34,185 nucleotides of DNA, taken from contig JAGQWA010000003.1 of assembly GCA_020437725.1 (NCBI GenBank), positions 1 through 34,185 of the forward strand, written 5' to 3'. A program made the translations under genes and the position numbers. Positions 11,001-17,090 of this stretch are shown here, in pieces. Numbering within the stretch: the stretch's first letter is position 1; each line of letters begins with the position of its first letter. The stretch comes from Bacteroidota bacterium (lineage in GTDB: Bacteria; Bacteroidota; Bacteroidia; CAILMK01; JACPUW01). The notes below the pieces were generated by a model. It worked only from the letters and a program-made list of their open reading frames with translations, had not been told where the DNA came from and searched no databases.

Positions 11001-13598
11001 ACCTAGCTGGTCGTAATTATTTCGTCCCCATGTAAAAACATGACCAGCATCTACCCTGGCAATAGTGTGATACATGCCACAATCAATTGATAGAACTTGA
11101 TTGCCAGAACCGTCGCCGAAGTAGGTAGTGCCATTATAATCGCCTTTTAAAACACTAACCGGCTCATTTGAAGTAGTTACACTGCCATTTCCTAATTGAC
11201 CATAAGCACAATTTCCGAACGAATAAACCTGACCGTTACTCGCCAAAATGCATGTAAAATCATATCCTGCTGATACTTGTAAAACTTCTAATGACCTATC
11301 ATCTCCAAAGTAAAATTGGCCAGAATATGAGCCTTTGAGCACTCTTACAGGTGTTCTTTGATTTGAATAATTGCCATTACCCAACTGGCCTTTGTAATTG
11401 TTACCAAAGGAATAAACAGTGCCTTTTGCAGAAACGGCCAAACTATGAGAACCACCAGCAGTAATATGCACAATAGGATCGTTTATGTCATCTCCTAAAT
11501 ATTGTGTTCCTTTATACGCGCCTTTGTGCACTCTAATTGGTGTATTTCTATAATTGGTAGTGTTGTCGCCCAATTGCCCATCACCGTTTAAACCGAAACT
11601 ATAAACTTGGCCATTTGCAGTAAGCACAATTGAATGATAATCACCTGCATCAATGGCCACAATTGGGTTTGCTGAATTATCTCCTAAATAAGTGGTTCCA
11701 TCATAATCGCCCATTTTTACTCGTACAGGTTCATATTCACTGGTGTTGTTTCCAATACCTAATTGGCCATAACCGTTACCGCCAAAAGCATACAACTTGC
11801 CGCTTTTTGTTAAAACCATAGAGTGGTTAGAACCTGCGGCCACTTGCACTACAGGATCGTTGGCGTCATCGCCTAAATAGGCAGTACCAGCATACTCACC
11901 CTTATTAACTTTTTGTATAGCTGTTTGATTGGTTGTATTGCCAATACCTAACTGGCCGGCGTTGTTTGCACCCATTCCTAAAGCAACACCAAACTCTGAA
12001 ATGCCAATAAAATGGCGGTTTACATCAACTTTTTTGGTGTTACGAGCCATAAAATAACTGCGTGCAGAAAAGGTGGTGCCTTTGCTATTGGTTGCTTTTA
12101 ATCGCACATAATACACTCTACCTGCAAGCAAATTGGTTAACTGAGCCGATTCAAATTTGGGCGTATAGCCGCTTACAGAATTTAGGGTTATTGATTCTCC
12201 GTAATTTGTGGTTAGGCCATACTCCAAAACAATACTGGTGAGCAAGCCATTGGGTTGAACCCAACAATTAATTTGAAGGCTGGTATCAGTGCAGGCCGAA
12301 ACCGGTGGAAAACGCAAATCGGGCACCGAAACATCATAACAACCCATGCTTGGATAGCCATACCTTGTAAGACCTTTTATATCTGGGTTGCCTTTATAGG
12401 TTATATCTCCTCTTGAAATAATGCCAAAAATTCTAGGATTAAGTCCGTCATCAGCAGTCATCAAAACACCATCATTGCCAATAAAATTAGACCCGCTGGT
12501 AAATGCCGAACTTATGCTGGTGTTAGAGAGATTTAAAACCACGGTTGAATTTGTAAGCACATTGCCTGAATTTCCATCGCTACTGGCGTTGTAATCTGTG
12601 CCTGATGACACAATTCCTGAACTAACGTCGGTGCCGGCATTGCTCATAAAAATGCAGCTGTTAATCATGCATTCTGCCTTGTTTCCACTCATTGAAATGG
12701 TGTAATCAGCACTTGCGCCTGTATTTTTTACCACCGAGACATTAATTACTTGCATGGTGGTTGAAACTGGACTAGAAGAATAATTGCTCTCATAAAAGAT
12801 AGCAGAACCTTTAATCTGTGCATGGTTTAGAAGCAATAAGCTATTAAGCAAAGTGGGCGCACCCCAATAGGTATAAATTGCGCCGCCATTTGCCTGCGCC
12901 TTATTATTAGTGAATACTGATTTAGAAACAGTTACCGAAGAATAAGACAGGTATAAACCGCCACCATTGTTTTTGTAGATTGAATGAGTGGCAGAACTGG
13001 TGGTTATGGCAATTGAACCCGTGTCGCTGGCATTTCCATCTTGAATAACTAAGTTTTCAAACTTGGTATCGGCGGTTAAATCAATACCAATAAATACATG
13101 GTAGCAGTTGTCGTTTTCAGAAGCTACGTTTCCAATATTTCCACTTAAAATGGTGTTGGCACCGGTTTGCTCGCCAGTAATTGAATTATAGCCGCCTTTA
13201 AGTTCAACATCGTGCCCAAATAAATAGAAGGCTTTATTTTGATTGTTGCTCGATGAATTGGGTGAGGCTGTTGGGTAATACGTTCCTTCGGCTATTCTAA
13301 TTTCATCAACATTGCTGCTCATATGCGCATTTAATGCCGATTGTAAACTAGTGTAAGCATTGCTCCATGAAGAGCCATTGTTGGTGCCTGTTGCTGTATT
13401 ATCTACATACAATATGCTTTGCGCAAATGTGAAAGAGCTCAAAAAAGCCAAAATCAAAATAGCCAAGGCTTTTTTAGATGCGGCTATTTTTTCGCCTATT
13501 TTCTTCAAGGCTTGCGATTGCAGTGATAATTTCTCTGAAAGCTCCAGACTTTTTTCTTCTTGCCCCAGTTCTTTGCTATTTGTTTTAACCTTAGCCAT
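4797..13598 (-). CDS. giant (2933 aa) T9SS-secreted multidomain surface protein: beta-helix, Fn3-like, RCC1 propeller, 2 x (sandwich + 2 LamG + beta-helix-like + sandwich), T9SS CTD
   Basis: Uninterrupted 8.8-kb ORF with ATG at 13598 and hydrophobic signal core ALAILILAFLSSFTFAQS. Domain motifs are listed in the sub-features below. All plus-strand ORFs in the track inside it are antisense artefacts. Confidence 0.9.
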   Translation of the reverse strand: MAKVKTNSKELGQEEKSLELSEKLSLQSQALKKIGEKIAASKKALAILILAFLSSFTFAQSILYVDNTATGTNNGSSWSNAYTSLQSALNAHMSSNVDEIRIAEGTYYPTASPNSSSNNQNKAFYLFGHDVELKGGYNSITGEQTGANTILSGNIGNVASENDNCYHVFIGIDLTADTKFENLVIQDGNASDTGSIAITTSSATHSIYKNNGGGLYLSYSSVTVSKSVFTNNKAQANGGAIYTYWGAPTLLNSLLLLNHAQIKGSAIFYESNYSSSPVSTTMQVINVSVVKNTGASADYTISMSGNKAECMINSCIFMSNAGTDVSSGIVSSGTDYNASSDGNSGNVLTNSTVVLNLSNTSISSAFTSGSNFIGNDGVLMTADDGLNPRIFGIISRGDITYKGNPDIKGLTRYGYPSMGCYDVSVPDLRFPPVSACTDTSLQINCWVQPNGLLTSIVLEYGLTTNYGESITLNSVSGYTPKFESAQLTNLLAGRVYYVRLKATNSKGTTFSARSYFMARNTKKVDVNRHFIGISEFGVALGMGANNAGQLGIGNTTNQTAIQKVNKGEYAGTAYLGDDANDPVVQVAAGSNHSMVLTKSGKLYAFGGNGYGQLGIGNNTSEYEPVRVKMGDYDGTTYLGDNSANPIVAIDAGDYHSIVLTANGQVYSFGLNGDGQLGDNTTNYRNTPIRVHKGAYKGTQYLGDDINDPIVHITAGGSHSLAVSAKGTVYSFGNNYKGQLGNGNYSNQRTPVRVLKGSYSGQFYFGDDRSLEVLQVSAGYDFTCILASNGQVYSFGNCAYGQLGNGSVTTSNEPVSVLKGDYNGTTYFGDGSGNQVLSIDCGMYHTIARVDAGHVFTWGRNNYDQLGLGSSSSTTYAKTPRAVIKGKSNSSYYFGDKKQGSVIWVKAGYFSSLGCTVTGQVYCFGSNVSGVLGNSNYSSGSAAPVDALNTDLLSGYLAYELIHTSSHHGLTVTKYKTNGIRNGYGIHFLSNGQSLTQTTNNIPASTNVVNRLNRTWQLEIKDILNNSGTVGLSFALGSNFNNDASYYLLQKTAQQTDFEIINNLDYGLYNDSVVFFLDGTALTNNTEITVGISDNGPGYSLAFDGQDDYVDIIQPYKTYNQFTTHDVSIEFWIKTNQNNTQAMIIDGDGGNNHGYSVLLFYGKIRFLYGNNIVTLQSQSSVANNQWTHVCITKNYRNMYSKMFINGVLESTKTNGVNDQLWTLSSKVRLGGGLRGGLAFNGKLDEVKFWSREREAPHIADSMNLHFEGNERLCAYYKFDQNEEQYLPDASGYGHQGKLYNFAYTGVNSNWLKSTAPLGGNSDKLLLKGVGKALSFSTNEYVPLRNNPQLGKTFTIEGWINAQNTTSSSKYGVIGGNSGDYTFYPKRIPPSIYVIGQNSIRLEYGNGTEQLSETISNVLTPGTWQHIAWTCQETSGNAEWKLYVDGVLVHTSTQTGVNYDYGLKAIGKVASSSFNGYMDEFRLWNTARSQTDLQQNMFKSVATSSSGLKHYFDFDASYTSTLPNIKDPSAYGELTNFADTNSCWISPLARQAYVSVNPGPYGSQFTWLNGRNPTSALHNVVINSYVIANLDQAANILYLDNNADFELNANYQVAKSIFDFGEIRGTGKTVMNGTSTQHIFGSGSHCGLEVNNGAQVILYNDRQFQDSVKLTNGKIHLYADIELTSGSIVGNSTSYIEFKYDLATIRLTLPTNSVTFPIGYANYTPLTIGNSQNYTVSIGLYNNLYSDPKFRSGTQTKDGISKTWVIDTDDSIPSAEIKVEWNASDVLSGFDSDYASMASMSARRIKTFWDKYGVSPTSSANGRDYLTRSGITMNNKKFYFGVGSDDSPYGELIYKIENGGAGSVISTSTRNELTLDAILTRFFMPRGGIQDVGDKIVMSKMQGDFVETTNNILASSNVSHRYERNWQIDVFDVDTNGGNIKLTFALGTQASPDFSYYLLERDGNTGDFTPINDINYLIDSNKIQFLINISNLHSGYNYTIGRSKEPAGYTLYFDGNNDYVDISNVANQVASSNATFEGWFVSKVNSRALISINSTGSTYKWVVNREGVYDPYTGLTAYSKPVTDNNWHHYALVIEDGVGYKVYIDGRKEADVSFTNFSLLSTDIISIGRTWVNNASSLFLSGKAEEVRIWNALRTEEDLNKNRFRSLVGNELNLVAYYRFDQTSETYLPDVSTNSYKGQLVNFGLTDTTSNWVKSTAPIVPKELAKQLMGPGNALKFDGSDDYVAVSNLRLGTEFTIETWLRHDNPSNGGLVPLFGKATGTLLSYRHPPNIFINNDTGIEIGYGNGFNPITKTYSGVIQRNTWHHVAWSCKSISGTSNYEWKLYVDGILVATETIASASFNNQINGIGSQQTGFYPGVLDELRFWGDARTQTEIQDNMYASLNGDEDDLLAYYTFDFTSGTSLTDESGNGYTGTLTNMDLSNCWVLANAREPFKTVRDGNNNIGTTWKDGSAPNSSTDKIAVFHDLTLAIAGTYKGFHVVSGKTVTTNANVTVTEEVIVNGTASGSGVLIMSGTAKQKLGGSGTLGALRIKNSNDVSLEGDLTITGNLTLDTGDIELNNFSLSLTGTTSHGNANSYLKINGTGRVKATIGSDPVILPIGRNPYLPVVISNGGDAEFSVGVSDKIYTDPTAPTTEITNQVVTETWTIQSSSAVNNVQVQIGWDAAQESNLTRANSGIGYWENGVSSSWNQAPYTTAATGSDPYFQTRTIDFSTNLYYLGVGGPGTPLPVELVNFDAYWVEEGQTAKLEWQTAQEYNNSHFEIDKSFDGTTWMQIGRVEGFGTTSDVNSYYFIDHSPQSTDHLSLSSVDRGQSTVYYRLKQVDYNGNFEYSQVTTLSVDERSRIQTRNFKIYPNPASNKVIVSANSTILSVKIYNLQGEMVLETYHNEIDVSTLSAGQYVMVASFESELKTAKLIIE
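5117..5172. repeat. 56-nt palindromic element translated in frame (copy in the 2933-aa gene)
   Basis: GACCACGGTCGACTGACGACAGACTTAAGTGGTCTGTGGACTGTGGACTATGGTCG. 48/56 identical to 14366-14421. Contains inverted repeat GACCAC/GTGGTC. Encodes ...SPQSTDHLSLSSVDRGQS... just before the conserved YYRLKQ motif. Confidence 0.65.
6410..7590 (-). other. LamG / concanavalin-A-like lectin domain pair (copies 3 and 4); boundaries approximate
   Basis: Starts GYTLYFDGNNDYVDIS and GNALKFDGSDDYVAVS. Ends AEEVRIWNALRTEEDLNKN and LDELRFWGDARTQTEIQDNM. The pattern (FDG.DDYV ... W ... [LM]DE.R.W...R) is typical of Laminin_G_3-type domains. Confidence 0.7.
9115..10315 (-). other. LamG / concanavalin-A-like lectin domain pair (copies 1 and 2); boundaries approximate
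   Basis: Starts GYSLAFDGQDDYVDI and GKALSFSTNEYVPL. Ends LDEVKFWSREREAP and MDEFRLWNTARSQTDLQQNM. Confidence 0.7.
10765..12010 (-). other. RCC1-like beta-propeller repeats (about 7 blades); boundaries approximate
   Basis: Repeating unit of about 55-60 aa: G.LY.FG.N..GQLG.GN......P..V, then YLGDD...P(I/V)V.(I/V).AG..HS..L. Examples are GKLYAFGGNGYGQLGIGNNTSEYEPVRV and GQVYSFGLNGDGQLGDNTTNYRNTPIRV. Confidence 0.8.
12040..12310 (-). other. Fn3-like beta-sandwich segment; boundaries approximate
   Basis: ...LQINCWVQPNGLLTSIVLEYGLTTNYGESITL...AQLTNLLAGRVYYVRLKATNSKGTTFS.... The YGxT...Y and L.PGT.YY.R..A.N..G pattern is typical of Fn3-like modules in Bacteroidota surface proteins. Confidence 0.5.
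12450..13420 (-). other. N-terminal right-handed beta-helix-like region (pectin-lyase fold / polymorphic-membrane-protein-like repeats); boundaries approximate
   Basis: ILYVDNTATGTNNGSSWSNAYTSLQSAL..., then NGGGLYLSYSSVTVSKSVFTNNKAQANGGAIY. These are GG[AG][IL]-type beta-helix repeat signatures. Confidence 0.55.
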
Positions 13599-13758
13599 AC
13601 ATCACCCCTATTTAATGCAAGTGCAATTACCAGCCATTAACTCTTTGGCTGGCAAATTCTAGGCTTGAGAAAACCTTAAAAAAACAAAAAATGACCTTAA
13701 GAAAAGCTTAATTTAGAAACTAATGTGTTGGAATTCAATAACTAAACTTATAACGAGC

Positions 13759-13892
13759 CTAGTTTCTTGTCTAAAAGGTGACAATTGGAAAATTCAAAAT
13801 TGAAAGTTCAAAATAGATTCAATTGCAATGATCTTGTTTGGTGTTTTGCCTAAAGTCTTTTGAAGTCTAAGGATCAAAGTCTCATTCGTGGG
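13759..13892. repeat. intergenic repeat block, member of the dispersed family
   Basis: CTAGTTTCTTGTCT (13759-13772) is identical to 32673-32686. AAAATTCAAAATT (13789-13801) is identical to 32541-32553 and 32622-32634, and to the reverse complement of 2368-2380. Followed by three AAGTCT words (13851-13890). Lies about 160-300 nt upstream of the giant gene. Confidence 0.65.
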
Positions 13893-13960
13893 TTAACTCG
13901 AACAGAGCGATAAATCTGTGGATTTGATTCTATTAGCTCATTTTGAATTTAAGCCGATTA

Positions 13961-14000
13961 CAATAAAACAGCCCTTTCCTACTGCTAGTGAAAAGGGCTG
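13961..14000 (-). terminator. intrinsic terminator downstream of the 966-aa cargo gene
   Basis: Perfect 9-bp stem CAGCCCTTT (13969-13977) / AAAGGGCTG (13992-14000). On the minus strand it is followed by TTTTATTG. It lies 55 nt past the stop at 14055. Confidence 0.75.
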
Positions 14001-14054
14001 TGCATACAGACAAACTCCCCATCTACAAGGAGATAGAAAATAAAGCAGGCAACT

Positions 14055-16955
14055 TTATTCTATTACTACTTTTTCAAATTGGAATTCTCCGTTTGAAACC
14101 ACTTTCAAAACGTAATTGCCAGCAGGTAAATGATCGAGACTTATTTGGTTAACTCCTTTTTCATTTAAAACCAATTGTCCATTTTGGTTGTACAGTGCAA
14201 CTGTTGCATTAGTAGAATTGGTGTTGAAATAAAGCACATTGGCTGTTGGGTTTGGATAAACAGTAAAGTTTCTAGTTTCGGGTTTAAAGTTTAGAGTTCT
14301 AACTTCCGAGTACTCAAAGTCGCCATTGTAGTCTATTTGTTTAAGGCGATAGTAGATGGTCGACGGACCACGGTCGGCGGACGACAGACTACCGTGGTCT
14401 GTGGACCGTGGACTGTGGTCGGTAAAATCATAACTGTGAACTAAATCACTTGTTCCATTGCCATCTACCCTTCCAATAGTTTCCCATATCAAATCTGCTC
14501 CAGATGTTGCCGATGCACGGTGGCTGAGCGAAGTCGAAGCCATTTCTATCTCAAAATGACTATTGTTCAACTCCATTGAAGTCTTCCATTTTAATTGCAC
14601 GGCCTTTTGCGCTTTATTTGCATGGTGACTGAGCGAAGCCGAAGTCACCCATTCAGCGGTAAAATCAATCAATTCAACAGGTAATGGAGAACCAGCGCTT
14701 CCCACGCCAAACCAAAGGTCGTAGGTTGGGTTAAAGTAGGCGGTTTTTGTAATAGTGTATGGATCGTTTCCGGTGGCTGCAGTTGGTGCACCAATATACC
14801 ATTGACCAATGCCTTGATACCAATGAGACAAACTAGCATTTGCTCTATTAAACCCAGCTAATTCTTCGCTTTCGGGCCATTGAACAGTAACTTGAACATC
14901 GCTAGCCACATTCAGTGGGTTTATGTACCAGGTTTTATTAACTGCATTGGCATTTAAGGCGCCAGTTTCATTTTCAGGATTTGTATAGGCACCATTTATT
15001 ATTCCAATTTCATATTCTCTATTGTCAAAATTTCCGATAGCGGGTATGTAAAGTTGCACAGGCAAGTATGGGTTATAACCTATGGGAAAAAAGCGCGTAT
15101 CGCCTCTTGTATGTGTGGCATGCAACCTTCCATTGCCATCTACCCTAATATATGAATTGCTGCTTCCGCCTGCAAATGTTGTTGCATTGCCAGCATGCAA
15201 ATTATAAGCACCAAGAACTACGTGGCCATTAGTTAAGGTAAGTTGGCCATTAACAGTTAAATCTCCACCAAGTTCTAAATTGTAATCATTGTCTATAACC
15301 ATATTTTGAACTTGTATAGCTGCCGTAGTTCTAACCACGGCCTGAGAGTTAGCTATCTTTAAAGTGCCAAAACCGGCAAATTGAACCACTCCTTCTATGT
15401 CTCCTCTAATTTCAAGAGTTATGCCATTGCTAATTGAAATTTCTGGATTGTTGTTCAAGATTAAACTCTTACAAGTAAGGTTGGCTGATATTGTAATGTT
15501 GCCATCTATTTGAGCCACTCTATTATTGTTGGGTTGGCCATTACCCCAAGCATTTCCGTTCCAAATAGTGGTGTCTATTTGTGCGGCTGGTGCAGCTTGC
15601 TTAGTAAAAACGTGTAGGTGGTGATTAACCCAAATATTTTGAGCATCGTTACCCGAAGATGCAATTACATCATTTCCGTTATAATACAAAAAAGATCCAA
15701 ATTTTAAACGGTAGTTGCTTTGTCTGGGTGGAAAGAAATTGCCTTGGTAATCCCATGTTTGAGTATTGGCATTCTTTACAAAATGGAATACGGTACCAGT
15801 GTAATTATTAGCATTGTTTATTGAAGTATCATATCCGGGTGCAGCAATTAATATGGTATCGTTGGCAATGGCCACTCCATAACTAAAATATTGAGAAGAA
15901 CTGCGATTTACTGGCGCTACTAACTTTTGAGTAATGCTCCATAAACCATTGCTTTTCTCAGCTATATATGCGGCACCTGCTCCTGCCAAGTAGTTGTTGC
16001 CGTTTTCGTCTAGCCCATCGTTTGTTGATGAAATGAGCATTGTATTATTACTAATTTCAATTTTTTCGCCAAAGTAATTACTGTCAAAATCGTTGTTAGA
16101 TTTAAGAATTTGTGTGTTTGTAAATACCAAATTTCCTGTTCCATTTCTACTTATTTCGTAAATGAGAATTCGCCCGCCGCGCCGGCTATTGTTTGCAACC
16201 CTGTTGTTTCCATATTCTCCAAGAATAAGCTGGCCGTCGTAAAACTGAATATTATTAAATAATACATCTTGATAACTAACCACATTGCTTGTTTCATAAA
16301 TAGTAGTTTCATATCCCCAATTATTATTTCCACCATTATTTCTATAATAAATATGAACGGCTAACCTTTGGTCAATAAGGTTTCCATTTTCATAGTAGGC
16401 GGCATCTCCTTCAGTTATTGCTAAAAAACTATCGCTAATGGCTACATCAGAGCCAAAAAAACCTTCTTCAATTCTGTTTATAGGTGCTGTGAGCTTTTTA
16501 ATAAAACCCCAATTATCGTTTCCACCGGTATTTTTTTGAAATATGTAAGCCGCACCCGAATGATATAACGAATCATTGCCACTGCCATTAAAATTTGCCC
16601 AATAGGTGCCCACAACCAAATAATCACCATGCATTGCCACGGCTTCACCAAACCACAAATTGGTTCCTTCTGTTGCCCTATCTGGCGCTACTAGCTTTTT
16701 AATTTGGGTATAGGTGTCATTAATCTTTTTGTATATATAAACCGCACCGCTTGAGTTAATGTCGTTTTGGTTGTTCTGATCATAATCTTGTCTTATAGCG
16801 TTGGCAATAAAATAATCTCCATGAAATTCTCCTTGCAAACCAAATAGATCTGATGAATTACATTCTTGCGGATAAAATGTGTGCGAATGAGTAAATACTT
16901 GAGCTTTAATTCCAAGAGTTGAACCGATTAAAATGAAGAGTAAAAAGTGCTTCAT
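14055..16955 (-). CDS. T9SS-secreted surface protein (966 aa): FG-GAP-like propeller N-terminal half, beta-helix/sandwich stalk, T9SS CTD
   Basis: The track ORF starts at TTG 16982. ATG at 16955 gives the signal peptide MKHFLLFILIGSTLGIKAQ. Repeated FG..VA(I/M)..D.L(V/I)(V/I)G...GAAYIF.K units resemble FG-GAP repeats. The C-terminal ~500 aa is paralogous to the tail of the 2933-aa protein. CTD (14055-14279): RNFTVYPNPTANVLYFNTNS...LPAGNYVLKVV...KVVIE. Confidence 0.85.
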   Translation of the reverse strand: MKHFLLFILIGSTLGIKAQVFTHSHTFYPQECNSSDLFGLQGEFHGDYFIANAIRQDYDQNNQNDINSSGAVYIYKKINDTYTQIKKLVAPDRATEGTNLWFGEAVAMHGDYLVVGTYWANFNGSGNDSLYHSGAAYIFQKNTGGNDNWGFIKKLTAPINRIEEGFFGSDVAISDSFLAITEGDAAYYENGNLIDQRLAVHIYYRNNGGNNNWGYETTIYETSNVVSYQDVLFNNIQFYDGQLILGEYGNNRVANNSRRGGRILIYEISRNGTGNLVFTNTQILKSNNDFDSNYFGEKIEISNNTMLISSTNDGLDENGNNYLAGAGAAYIAEKSNGLWSITQKLVAPVNRSSSQYFSYGVAIANDTILIAAPGYDTSINNANNYTGTVFHFVKNANTQTWDYQGNFFPPRQSNYRLKFGSFLYYNGNDVIASSGNDAQNIWVNHHLHVFTKQAAPAAQIDTTIWNGNAWGNGQPNNNRVAQIDGNITISANLTCKSLILNNNPEISISNGITLEIRGDIEGVVQFAGFGTLKIANSQAVVRTTAAIQVQNMVIDNDYNLELGGDLTVNGQLTLTNGHVVLGAYNLHAGNATTFAGGSSNSYIRVDGNGRLHATHTRGDTRFFPIGYNPYLPVQLYIPAIGNFDNREYEIGIINGAYTNPENETGALNANAVNKTWYINPLNVASDVQVTVQWPESEELAGFNRANASLSHWYQGIGQWYIGAPTAATGNDPYTITKTAYFNPTYDLWFGVGSAGSPLPVELIDFTAEWVTSASLSHHANKAQKAVQLKWKTSMELNNSHFEIEMASTSLSHRASATSGADLIWETIGRVDGNGTSDLVHSYDFTDHSPRSTDHGSLSSADRGPSTIYYRLKQIDYNGDFEYSEVRTLNFKPETRNFTVYPNPTANVLYFNTNSTNATVALYNQNGQLVLNEKGVNQISLDHLPAGNYVLKVVSNGEFQFEKVVIE
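14366..14421. repeat. 56-nt palindromic element translated in frame (copy in the 966-aa gene)
   Basis: GACCACGGTCGGCGGACGACAGACTACCGTGGTCTGTGGACCGTGGACTGTGGTCG. Perfect 9-bp inverted repeat GACCACGGT (14366-14374) / ACCGTGGTC (14391-14399), plus nested GTGGAC repeats. Encodes ...SPRSTDHGSLSSADRGPS.... Confidence 0.65.
14515..14543. repeat. short hairpin element inserted in frame (copy 1)
   Basis: GCACGGTGGCTGAGCGAAGTCGAAGCCAT, with stem TGGCT/AGCCA and a 12-nt loop. Translated on the minus strand as MASTSLSHRA. This peptide is absent at the equivalent position of the 2933-aa paralogue (HFEIDKSFDGTTW versus HFEIEMASTSLSHRASATSGADLIW). Confidence 0.65.
14620..14649. repeat. short hairpin element inserted in frame (copy 2)
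   Basis: GCATGGTGACTGAGCGAAGCCGAAGTCACC, with perfect 7-bp stem GGTGACT/AGTCACC and a 12-nt loop. Translated as VTSASLSHHA. Absent from the paralogue (AYWVEEGQTAKLEW versus AEWVTSASLSHHANKAQKAVQLKW). Confidence 0.65.
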
Positions 16956-16979
16956 AACGAATAAATTTTTATGACAGCA

Positions 16980-16987
16980 CAAACGTA
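16980..16987 (-). promoter_or_regulatory. candidate Bacteroidota -7 promoter box
   Basis: The minus strand reads TACGTTTG, matching the TAnnTTTG -7 consensus of Bacteroidota sigma-A promoters, about 25 nt upstream of ATG 16955. No convincing -33 TTG partner was seen. Confidence 0.3.
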
Positions 16988-17042
16988 TTTTTAGGCCTTT
17001 GGCTATGCTATTTTACAGGGTTAGCATGGCGTGAACTAAGGG

Positions 17043-17062
17043 GGTAAACAAATGGTAAACAA
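17043..17062 (-). promoter_or_regulatory. GTTTACC direct-repeat motif, site 1 (candidate operator)
   Basis: The minus strand reads TTGTTTACCATTTGTTTACC: two TTTACC words spaced 11 nt apart, about 90-105 nt upstream of the 966-aa cargo gene. Confidence 0.4.
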
Positions 17063-17090
17063 CAATTTACCACAACATACCAACATAAGA

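Noticed and set aside
5145-13662. Many 60-110-aa plus-strand ORFs in the track inside the giant gene (for example 5779-6114, 7087-7308, 9796-10020, 13360-13662)
   Set aside because: All lie antisense within an uninterrupted 8.8-kb ORF that has clear domain content. Their translations are low-complexity or hydrophobic noise with no motifs.
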